From an uncultured Oscillospiraceae bacterium (GTDB lineage: Bacteria > Bacillota > Clostridia > Oscillospirales > Ruminococcaceae), in NCBI GenBank assembly GCA_958448395.1, contig CAUDDP010000016.1, positions 9,741-33,740 of the forward strand: 24,000 nt of DNA, read 5' to 3'. The notes under the pieces are model-generated. The model searched no databases, was not told the origin of the DNA, and worked only from the letters and a program-made list of their open reading frames with translations. A program made the position numbers and the translations under genes. Positions within the stretch are counted from its first letter, which is position 1. Every line of letters begins with the position of its first letter. Of this stretch, positions 15,585 through 22,844 are shown one piece after another.

Positions 15585-17564
15585 ATGGCAAAAAAAGAAG
15601 TTTATGATAATGAAAGCATTACTATGCTAAAAGGGCCGGATAAGGTGCGGAAACGTCCGGGCGTAATTTTTGGTTCAGATGGCATTGACGGCTGTGCCCA
15701 TTCCGTGTTTGAAATTGTCTCCAACTCCATTGACGAGGCACGCTCCGGCTTTGGAGATAAAATCATTGTCACCCAGTATGCAGACAATTCTATCGAAGTA
15801 GAGGACTTTGGACGAGGCTGTCCCGTAGATTTTAATAATAAGGAAAACCGCTATAATTGGGAACTGGTTTTCTGTGAACTGTACGCTGGCGGAAAATATA
15901 GTGCAGACGGGGACAACTATGCCTATTCTCTTGGCTTGAATGGACTGGGGCTCTGTGCGACACAATTTTCCTCTGCCTATATGGATGTGGAAATTTATCG
16001 GGACGGTTTTTGTTATCAGCTGCATTTTGAAAAAGGCATCAATGTTGGCGGTTTAAAGAAGACACCGGTGAAAACCAAAAAAACTGGCACTAAAATTCAT
16101 TGGCTGCCGGATTTAGAAGTTTTCACAGAAATCAGCATTCCGGATTCCTATTTCCGAGATGTACTGAAGCGACAGGCAGTTGTTAATCCGAATTTGCTGT
16201 TTCTTTATCGGCATCAGCAGGCGGATAATACTATGGAAGAAGCCAGATTTCTGTATGAAAACGGAATTGCAGATTATGTGCAGGAACTGGTAGGGGATAC
16301 CGCCTTGACCAGTATTCAGACATGGGAATGTCAGCGAGAAGGAAGGGACAGGGAGGATAAGCCGGATTATAAAGTGAAGCTGTCTGTATCATTTACGTTT
16401 TCTAATCGTGTACAGCAGATTGAATATTACCACAATTCCAGCTTTCTGGAGCATGGCGGTTCACCAGAACGGGCGGTTAAACAGGCATTTGTTTCTCAGA
16501 TTGACAGCTATTTGAAGCAAAATGGAAAGTATCTGAAAAATGAAAGCAAGCTGACGTTTGCTGATGTGGAAGACTGCCTGGTTCTGGTTTCCTCCAGTTT
16601 TTCTACACAGACTTCTTATGAGAATCAAACAAAAAAGGCAATTACAAATAAATTTATCTATGAAGCGATGACGGATTTCCTGAAACATCAGCTGGAGATT
16701 TATTTTATTGAAAATCCGGATGAAGCGGTAAAAATTGCAGAGCAGGTGCTGATCAATAAACGCAGCCGAGAAAATGCAGAGAAAACGCGGCTGAATATCA
16801 AGAAAAATCTGGCTGGCAACATTGATCTTGCCAATCGGGTGGAGAAGTTTGTGGACTGCCGCAGTAAGGATGTGTCTAGACGGGAACTCTATATCGTAGA
16901 GGGAGATTCTGCATTGGGTTCGGTTAAGATGGCACGGGATGCGGAGTTTCAGGCAGTGATTCCCGTGCGTGGGAAAATTTTGAATTGCCTGAAAGCAGAT
17001 TATAATCGTATTTTTAAAAATGATATTATCACAGATATTATCAAACTGCTTGGCTGCGGTGTCGAAGTAAAGACGAAAGCCAACAAAGAACTTTCTCTGT
17101 TTAATTTGGATGGATTGCGATGGAATAAAATTGTCATTTGTACGGATGCCGATGTAGATGGCTTTCAGATTCGGACATTGATTTTGACGATGCTCTATCG
17201 GCTGACACCAACATTGATTGAAAATGGCTATGTCTATATTGCAGAATCTCCGCTGTTTGAGATTACAACGAAAAAGCGGACATATTTTGCCTACACGGAA
17301 AAAGAAAAGACAGAGATCTTGAAAAAAATCGGCAAAGAACCGGCAACGCTTCAGCGTTCAAAAGGTCTGGGTGAGAATGAAGCGGATATGATGGCTTTGA
17401 CCACGATGAATCCAGAAACCAGACGATTGATTAGAGTGACACCGGCAGGGGTAGAGGAAACCGCAGCGATGTTTGATTTGCTGCTGGGAGATGATTTGCA
17501 GGGGAGAAAGCAGTTTATTGCGGAGTATGGTCATGCTTATTTAGAATTAGCGGATATCAGTTAA
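15585..17564 (+). CDS. Type IIA DNA topoisomerase subunit B (ParE/GyrB family), 659 aa
   Basis: Motifs seen:
- KVRKRPGVIFGS
- FEIVSNSIDEA (GHKL)
- GRGCPVD
- ATP-lid YSLGLNGLG
- QTKK loop
- Toprim EGDSALGS
- PVRGKILN
- CTDADVDGFQIRTL
- RSKGLGE
The start ATG at 15585 has AAGGA upstream. The track's 58-aa N-terminal extension spans the terminator and promoter and is rejected. Confidence 0.85.
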   Translation: MAKKEVYDNESITMLKGPDKVRKRPGVIFGSDGIDGCAHSVFEIVSNSIDEARSGFGDKIIVTQYADNSIEVEDFGRGCPVDFNNKENRYNWELVFCELYAGGKYSADGDNYAYSLGLNGLGLCATQFSSAYMDVEIYRDGFCYQLHFEKGINVGGLKKTPVKTKKTGTKIHWLPDLEVFTEISIPDSYFRDVLKRQAVVNPNLLFLYRHQQADNTMEEARFLYENGIADYVQELVGDTALTSIQTWECQREGRDREDKPDYKVKLSVSFTFSNRVQQIEYYHNSSFLEHGGSPERAVKQAFVSQIDSYLKQNGKYLKNESKLTFADVEDCLVLVSSSFSTQTSYENQTKKAITNKFIYEAMTDFLKHQLEIYFIENPDEAVKIAEQVLINKRSRENAEKTRLNIKKNLAGNIDLANRVEKFVDCRSKDVSRRELYIVEGDSALGSVKMARDAEFQAVIPVRGKILNCLKADYNRIFKNDIITDIIKLLGCGVEVKTKANKELSLFNLDGLRWNKIVICTDADVDGFQIRTLILTMLYRLTPTLIENGYVYIAESPLFEITTKKRTYFAYTEKEKTEILKKIGKEPATLQRSKGLGENEADMMALTTMNPETRRLIRVTPAGVEETAAMFDLLLGDDLQGRKQFIAEYGHAYLELADIS

Positions 17565-17645
17565 TTTTCGATATCTAGTTAAAAAGGTAACATTAGATTT
17601 GTTCGATTATTTAAATTTATTTTATTATATTATTTTTTATTTTTA

Positions 17646-17675
17646 ATATAAATAGATCGGACAATCTATTTATAT
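17646..17675. repeat. Perfect 12-bp inverted repeat ATATAAATAGAT-cggaca-ATCTATTTATAT
   Basis: Read directly: arms at 17646-17657 and 17664-17675 with a 6-nt spacer, inside the 278-bp AT-rich spacer. Confidence 0.9.
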
Positions 17676-17761
17676 ATATTTAGAAGAATTGTGGTATTTT
17701 CTTCTGGATGTCATTAGAATCATGAAAGGAGGAGTTTATTGCTTTAAAGTATTTAAGTATT

Positions 17762-17792
17762 TTTTAACATCCATAAAGCATGGATGTTAAAA
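17762..17792. repeat. Perfect 13-bp inverted repeat TTTTAACATCCAT-aaagc-ATGGATGTTAAAA
   Basis: Read directly: arms at 17762-17774 and 17780-17792 with a 5-nt loop. A T5 run follows 9 nt downstream (17802-17806), about 50 nt upstream of the membrane-protein start. Confidence 0.9.
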
Positions 17793-17842
17793 GCAGATCT
17801 GTTTTTGTGAAAAGATGAAAAAATTTTAAGGATGGGATAAAA

Positions 17843-19435
17843 ATGTTAAGATTAAAAAGCCTGTTGGAAAAATCAGAAGGCTATGCCAGAAATGTAATTT
17901 GTTTTTTGATGACCATAATCATGGGATTTCTCTTTATAGAGAGTTTCATGCACACGATGGAATTGAGAAAGTCGGAGGAATCTTTTGAAGGAATTCATTA
18001 TCACAGTGACAATTTTATTGTGAATGCCATTTGCATTTTTGTGGTTTTGCTGCTGCTTGCAGTGCTTATCCGCTACCTTGAGAAAATTCCAACCGCAATT
18101 CAAATGGGTGGACTTGCAGCCATTACGATTACCTTAGGCGTGATCTGGGTTATGTCCTCACAAAGTGTGCCAAGGGAAGACGCTATGCTCGTCACAAGAG
18201 CAGCAAGTGGTGCAGTCAAAAATGACTTTTCCTTTATGTCAGAGCGATATTTCAGCAATTATCATTATCAATTGGGGTTTGTTTTTTTCAGTGAAATCAT
18301 TATGAGGATTTTTCATCGTGGGGATGAAAATATGCTGTATTTTGAAATCATCAATGTGGTGCTTCTTGCAGCAGCTTATATGGGAATTATACTAATACTT
18401 AGAAAAACATTTGAAAGCAAAAGAATACAAACAATTGCTGTTGTCACACTTTTGTTCTGTGTTCCGCCGATTTTGTATTCTGTTTTTACTTATGGGGTAA
18501 TTCCAGGGATTACATTTTCTATTTATGCGGTTTTGTTTGAGATTCTTTATTTTCAAGGTGAGAAAAAAACCAGATACATATGGGCAATCCTTTCTGTTTT
18601 GTGTATTGGCATGGCAGTTATGATAAAATCCAATAATTATATTGTATTTGTTGCAATGATGATTCTGGCAGTTGTAAAACTCATTCGCAGACGTAAGCTG
18701 GCAGACTTATTATATATTGTTGTAGCAGCTTTGATTACGATAAATGTAAATACTGCGGTTTGTAAAATGTATGAAGCTAGAAGTAATGTGAAACTGGAAG
18801 GTGCAGTCCCTATGATCTCCTTTGCCGTGATGGGATTAAATTATCCCAATAATGTGGTGGGTTGTACGGCAGCAGGTTGGTATAATGGAGGTTATACGGT
18901 AGGGAATCATGAGGCAAATAATTTTATAACAGAAGATTCTGCAAAGGCCTCTATGGAGCAAATAAAGGAACGGGTCTCTTACTTTGCACATAATTATCAG
19001 GAAGCCAACGACTTTTTTTATGAAAAGAATATGTCACAGTGGAATGAACCAACCTATTCTAGTATATGGTTAAACATTGCAGGTTGGAGGTACAAGGACG
19101 CTGGAAAAATTGCAAATTATATTTGCGGAGATGGCATGAAAAAAGCAATGGAATATATGAATATTTATCAAATGATTGTCTTTTTGGGTGCCCTTGTAGG
19201 TGTCATATGTTGCTTTAAGAAGAAAAACATTTTCTGTTGTGCTTTGATTTTGATTGTATTGGGCGGTTTTCTATATCACATGGTATTTGAAGGAAAATCT
19301 CAATATATTCTGCCATATTTTATTCTTTTATGTGGCTTTTCTGCTGTGGGAATGGATTTTCTTTGCAATCAGATTACGGAACGAATCAAAAACAGGAAAA
19401 AAGAAGGAAAACAAATTGGAATTTTAAAAGGATAA
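17843..19435 (+). CDS. Polytopic integral membrane protein, putative GT-C-fold (ArnT/PMT-like) glycosyltransferase
   Basis: 530 aa with at least ten hydrophobic segments, a soluble segment of about 120 aa (residues ~310-440) and 3 C-terminal helices. An early loop (PREDAMLVTRAA...YFSNYHYQLGF) is reminiscent of GT-C acidic-loop motifs. AAGGATGGG is the RBS. GC is markedly lower than in neighbouring genes. The functional call is tentative. Confidence 0.8.
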   Translation: MLRLKSLLEKSEGYARNVICFLMTIIMGFLFIESFMHTMELRKSEESFEGIHYHSDNFIVNAICIFVVLLLLAVLIRYLEKIPTAIQMGGLAAITITLGVIWVMSSQSVPREDAMLVTRAASGAVKNDFSFMSERYFSNYHYQLGFVFFSEIIMRIFHRGDENMLYFEIINVVLLAAAYMGIILILRKTFESKRIQTIAVVTLLFCVPPILYSVFTYGVIPGITFSIYAVLFEILYFQGEKKTRYIWAILSVLCIGMAVMIKSNNYIVFVAMMILAVVKLIRRRKLADLLYIVVAALITINVNTAVCKMYEARSNVKLEGAVPMISFAVMGLNYPNNVVGCTAAGWYNGGYTVGNHEANNFITEDSAKASMEQIKERVSYFAHNYQEANDFFYEKNMSQWNEPTYSSIWLNIAGWRYKDAGKIANYICGDGMKKAMEYMNIYQMIVFLGALVGVICCFKKKNIFCCALILIVLGGFLYHMVFEGKSQYILPYFILLCGFSAVGMDFLCNQITERIKNRKKEGKQIGILKG

Positions 19436-19548
19436 CATTTTGAACTGTATTCCTTAAAAAATAAATTCTAAACAATTTTTGCTGCGGCTCAGAGAGACAT
19501 TCCTTTTTGTATTTACAATTTGTTGTTGCTCAAGAAAACAATTCTTTC

Positions 19549-19577
19549 TTGACAGAGCAGAAAAAGTCGGATATAAT
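19549..19577 (+). promoter_or_regulatory. Consensus sigma-A promoter TTGACA-17 nt-TATAAT
   Basis: Exact consensus hexamers at 19549-19554 and 19572-19577 with a 17-nt spacer, about 70 nt upstream of the acyl-CoA synthetase start. Confidence 0.65.
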
Positions 19578-19647
19578 AAAATGTATATCTGGAGATATGG
19601 AACCGTTGTACTCCGGATACAATTCAGACAAAGGATGTTTTATAGCT

Positions 19648-21327
19648 ATGTTATTGGACAAATATCTTCCTCGTATTGATTTTGAGAGTTATGAGGACTT
19701 TAAGCAGAATTACTCTATCAATGTGCCGGAAACTTTCAACTTCGGTTTTGATATCGTAGATGAGTGGGCAAAGCAGGAACCAGAGAAAAAAGCACTGGTT
19801 TGGTGTGATGATGATGGTGAGGAGCGGACATTTACTTTTACGGAAATCTCCCGTCTTTCCAATCAGGCAGCAAACTATTTCCGTCACCTCGGTGTGCGGA
19901 AGGGAACGGTTGTCATGTTGATTCTCCGTCGTCGCTGGGAATATTGGATTTGTGCGGTTGCACTGCATAAAATTGGTGCGATTTTGATTCCGGGTTCACT
20001 TCAGCTTTCTGCAAAGGATTTGATTTATCGGGGAACCAGTGCTGGTATTTATACGATGGTCTGTGTAGATGATGACTATGTAGTTGCACAGGTAGAAGCT
20101 GCACAAAAGGAAGTGCCAAGTATCCAGCATAAGGTTCTGGTTGCAGGAAAACGGGACGGCTGGCATGACTTTGCAGGGGAGATGGCACAGTTTTCCGATG
20201 TCTTTCCTCGTCCGACCGGTGAGGATGCTACCTATGCGAATGAAACTGCACTGGTTTATTTTACTTCCGGTACAACTGGTAATCCTAAAATGGTACAGCA
20301 CAATCACACCCATCCGTTGGGTCATATTGTAACGGCAAAGTATTGGCAGCAGGTACAGGAAAATAAGCTGCATATGAGCGTTTCTGACTCCGGTTGGGGT
20401 AAGTTCGGCTGGGGAAAAATCTATGGACAGTGGATTTGCGGTGCTGTGATTTTTGCCTATGATATGAAAAAATTTGTTCCAACCCATTTACTGCAAAAGA
20501 TGCAGGATTATAAGCTGACAACATTCTGTGCACCACCGACTATGTATCGGTTTATGTTGCAGGAAGATGTGGCAGCTTATGACTTGTCCAGTATTGAAAA
20601 TTTTGCAACAGCTGGCGAGCCATTGAATCCAGAAGTATTTAATAAGTGGAAGGAACTGACTGGAAAAGAAATTCGAGAGGGATTCGGACAAACAGAAGGT
20701 ACTGTCTTGATTGCAAACTTCCCTTGGATGACGCCAAAGCCCGGATCGACTGGTATGCCGTCTCCACTTTATGATATTCATTTGATTACCGATGATGGCA
20801 AAGAGGCAAAGCCGGGGGAACAAGGTTCTCTGACCATGCTACACCTGAAGGAATCCTATCCGGTTGGTCTGTTCACCGGTTATTATCAAAATCCAGAAAT
20901 GACCAATGAAATTCTTGGTGATGGTACATATTGTTCACATGATGTATTTGATTTGGATGAGGATGGATACTTCTGGTTTGTGGGTAGAAATGATGATGTC
21001 ATCAAGTGTTCCGGCTATCGAATCGGACCGTTTGAGGTAGAAAGTGCACTGGTTGCTCATCCAGCTGTTGTAGAATGTGCTGTTACAGCAGCACCTGATC
21101 CGATTCGTGGTAATGTAGTAAAGGCAACGATTGTATTGGCACGTGGCTATGAGCCGAGCGATGCTTTAACCAAGGAACTGCAAAATCATGTAAAGCATAC
21201 CACTGCACCGTATAAGTATCCTCGTGTCATTGAATATGTAGACGAATTGCCGAAGACATTGGGCGGTAAGATTAAACGGGCAATGATTCGGAAGGAAAAC
21301 TTTCAGAATACAGAAGATAAAAAGTAA
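19648..21327 (+). CDS. AMP-forming acyl-CoA synthetase (medium-chain / ACSM-like, ANL superfamily)
   Basis: AMP-binding motifs YFTSGTTGNPKMV, GFGQTEG and GYFWFVGRNDDVIKCSGYRIGPFEVE, plus the C-terminal PKTLGGKIKR. The start ATG at 19648 was chosen because the MLLDKYLPRIDFESYEDFKQNY..NVPETFNFGFDIVD N-terminus matches this family (from memory). Upstream in-frame starts (19507, 19597) precede or abut the promoter/TSS. Confidence 0.9.
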   Translation: MLLDKYLPRIDFESYEDFKQNYSINVPETFNFGFDIVDEWAKQEPEKKALVWCDDDGEERTFTFTEISRLSNQAANYFRHLGVRKGTVVMLILRRRWEYWICAVALHKIGAILIPGSLQLSAKDLIYRGTSAGIYTMVCVDDDYVVAQVEAAQKEVPSIQHKVLVAGKRDGWHDFAGEMAQFSDVFPRPTGEDATYANETALVYFTSGTTGNPKMVQHNHTHPLGHIVTAKYWQQVQENKLHMSVSDSGWGKFGWGKIYGQWICGAVIFAYDMKKFVPTHLLQKMQDYKLTTFCAPPTMYRFMLQEDVAAYDLSSIENFATAGEPLNPEVFNKWKELTGKEIREGFGQTEGTVLIANFPWMTPKPGSTGMPSPLYDIHLITDDGKEAKPGEQGSLTMLHLKESYPVGLFTGYYQNPEMTNEILGDGTYCSHDVFDLDEDGYFWFVGRNDDVIKCSGYRIGPFEVESALVAHPAVVECAVTAAPDPIRGNVVKATIVLARGYEPSDALTKELQNHVKHTTAPYKYPRVIEYVDELPKTLGGKIKRAMIRKENFQNTEDKK

Positions 21328-21454
21328 TTTGTGTATCTGAACAGGAGAGATGGGTTCGCTGCTTTTCAGCGAATTCATGTTGTATGCAATTTTCAAAGAA
21401 AACAGAAAGTTTTTCTTGTAATGGTGAAGATCATTTCTTGATTGGAAAAACATT

Positions 21455-21501
21455 TTAAAAAAACCGTACTGTAACATTTGCAGTACGGTTTTTCCTTTTT
21501 T
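21455..21501 (+). terminator. Rho-independent terminator (bidirectional appearance) after the acyl-CoA synthetase gene
   Basis: 10-bp core stem AACCGTACTG (21462-21471) / CAGTACGGTT (21481-21490) with a 9-nt loop. It is flanked by an upstream A-run and the downstream TTTTTCCTTTTTT. Confidence 0.8.
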
Positions 21502-21557
21502 GCACAAAAAATTTTCTACTTTTGTTGTAATATTTTACAATTTCAATCAGAAAACTG

Positions 21558-21586
21558 TTGAATTTTTTCTCTGTATTTGATAGAAT
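21558..21586 (+). promoter_or_regulatory. Extended -10 promoter TTGAAT-17 nt-(TGa)TAGAAT
   Basis: The -35 TTGAAT is at 21558-21563, TG at 21578-21579 and the -10 TAGAAT at 21581-21586. It is about 40 nt upstream of the CAP-dockerin gene. Confidence 0.5.
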
Positions 21587-21628
21587 GAAAGAGGATAAAA
21601 AGCGTAACTTCTTTGGGGAGGTGTTTTT

Positions 21629-22531
21629 ATGTGGAATCAAGCGAAAGGGTTAATTTATTTGTTGTGTGCAGCGATTTGTTTTATGTTTCCAAGGTATAAT
21701 GTAGTTTTTGCGGAAAGCAACACAATGGATGTGGAGATGTTTGTAGAAGTGGCATCCGCACAAATCAATCAGATGCGGATACAAAACGGGCTTGCCCCCA
21801 TTTCCACTGCACCGCTCCTGCAAAAAATGTGTGGACAGCGTGCAGAAGAATTGGCAACCCTGTATGCTCACAGTCGACCAAATGGAAGCCCTTGGTATAC
21901 GGTTTTAGGGGAATATGGAGTTGATATGAACTGCATGGCAGGAGAGAATATCGCAGCTGGCTATGATACACCAGAAAGTGTAGTAGAAGGCTGGATGAAT
22001 TCGGAAGGACATCGGAGAAATATTTTGAACGAAAGCTATGATTATTTCGCAATTGGTGTATGTTATAAAGAAAATGACCCGGATTATTATTTTTACTATT
22101 GGGATTTGATTTTTCTTTCATCTGAAAACACATTTGAAAATGAGTATATACCAGATTTAAGTACTGTTACTCACATAGCAACAACGACGGAAACGACAAC
22201 AGAAATGACAACAACAACGGAAACTACAACAGAAGCGACAACAACAATAGAAGCCACAACAGAAACAACAACAATGACGACAGAAACCACTGCTATAGAG
22301 GATAAAATAAACTATGGGGACTGCAATTTAGATGGAAAAGTAGATTTGCTTGATATGATTCTACTTCAAAAATATTTATCTGGGCAAATCGCATTGACAA
22401 GAACACAAATGACATGTGCAAATTGCAATCAGGTTGATGGTACAATTGCGGTAGATGATGCTGATGCAGAGGCATTGCTGCAATTTGTTGTAATATTAGT
22501 GGACACATTACCAATCCGGGCTGGATCATAA
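21629..22531 (+). CDS. Secreted CAP/SCP (YkwD-like) domain protein with a Thr/Glu-rich linker and a C-terminal type I dockerin
   Basis: - Signal-peptide-like N-terminus (LIYLLCAAICFMF...VVFAES).
- CAP-domain motifs (HSRPNGS..., GENIAAGY...WMNSEGHRRNIL...YFAIGV).
- TTTE-type linker.
- Two dockerin Ca-binding repeats (GDCNLDGKVDLLDMILLQKYL and CNQVDGTIAVDDADAEALLQFVV).
- GGAGG is 7 nt upstream of the ATG. Confidence 0.85.
   Translation: MWNQAKGLIYLLCAAICFMFPRYNVVFAESNTMDVEMFVEVASAQINQMRIQNGLAPISTAPLLQKMCGQRAEELATLYAHSRPNGSPWYTVLGEYGVDMNCMAGENIAAGYDTPESVVEGWMNSEGHRRNILNESYDYFAIGVCYKENDPDYYFYYWDLIFLSSENTFENEYIPDLSTVTHIATTTETTTEMTTTTETTTEATTTIEATTETTTMTTETTAIEDKINYGDCNLDGKVDLLDMILLQKYLSGQIALTRTQMTCANCNQVDGTIAVDDADAEALLQFVVILVDTLPIRAGS
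22178..22291 (+). repeat. Imperfect tandem repeats of about 12 nt (ACn-ACn-ACn-GAA) encoding ATTTETTTEMTTTTETTTEATTTIEATTETTTMTTETT
   Basis: Read directly. These are in-frame coding repeats that form the inter-domain linker. Confidence 0.9.
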
Positions 22532-22709
22532 TGGGGCAATCGGAAGAGCTGATAGCCATAACTGATCTCCTTTATAAAGGGGACAGCTTGATCCCAATCG
22601 CTGTTTCACAGATAAGACTGTCCATGAAACTTATGTTAACATGTAGAAAAAGGCATTTATTGTGAGGCATTTTGTAATGCTAATATTACAGAAAATTTCT
22701 GATCATGAT

Positions 22710-22751
22710 AGGCTCCTCATTACCAATTTTGGAAATGGGGAGCCTGTTTTA
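22710..22751 (+). terminator. Candidate terminator hairpin downstream of the dockerin gene
   Basis: 12-bp stem with one G-U (AGGCTCCTCATT 22710-22721 / AATGGGGAGCCT 22734-22745) and a 12-nt loop, followed by GTTTTA. The U-tract is short, hence the moderate confidence. Confidence 0.45.
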
Positions 22752-22844
22752 GGGAAGTATTGCTTAATGTCCTCTGTGCTTTTCCTTTGCCTGTTTCTGT
22801 TCACGGCTTTTGACTTTACGCTCTTGTTTGTTCTGCTTCAAAGG

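Noticed and set aside
17605-19475. Possible inverted terminal repeats flanking the low-GC gene: AATTTATTTT at about 17612-17621, and its reverse complement at about 19458-19467.
   Set aside because: A 10-mer match in nearly pure A/T sequence is expected by chance. No extended match and no target-site duplication could be seen by eye.
19479-19679. 66-aa ORF and the 19507 start extension upstream of the acyl-CoA synthetase.
   Set aside because: Both begin upstream of, or across, the consensus promoter at 19549-19577, so they would not be on the transcript.
21355-21373. Small hairpin TTCGCTG-CTTTT-CAGCGAA just after the acyl-CoA synthetase stop, considered as a terminator.
   Set aside because: The stem is only 7 bp and has no U-tract. 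The strong terminator at 21455-21501 explains transcript termination better.
22178-22291. Short tandem repeats, considered as a possible CRISPR or satellite array.
   Set aside because: The repeats are about 12 nt, in frame, and encode a Thr/Glu linker. There are no spacers and no cas genes.
22293-22559. 88-aa minus-strand ORF antisense to the dockerin region, preceded by a good SD (AAAGGAG, 7 nt, ATG).
   Set aside because: 239 of its 267 nt overlap the dockerin-coding sequence. The product is low-complexity (HQHHLPQLYHQ) with no recognisable motif. The SD match is probably fortuitous, though ribosome profiling could revisit this.
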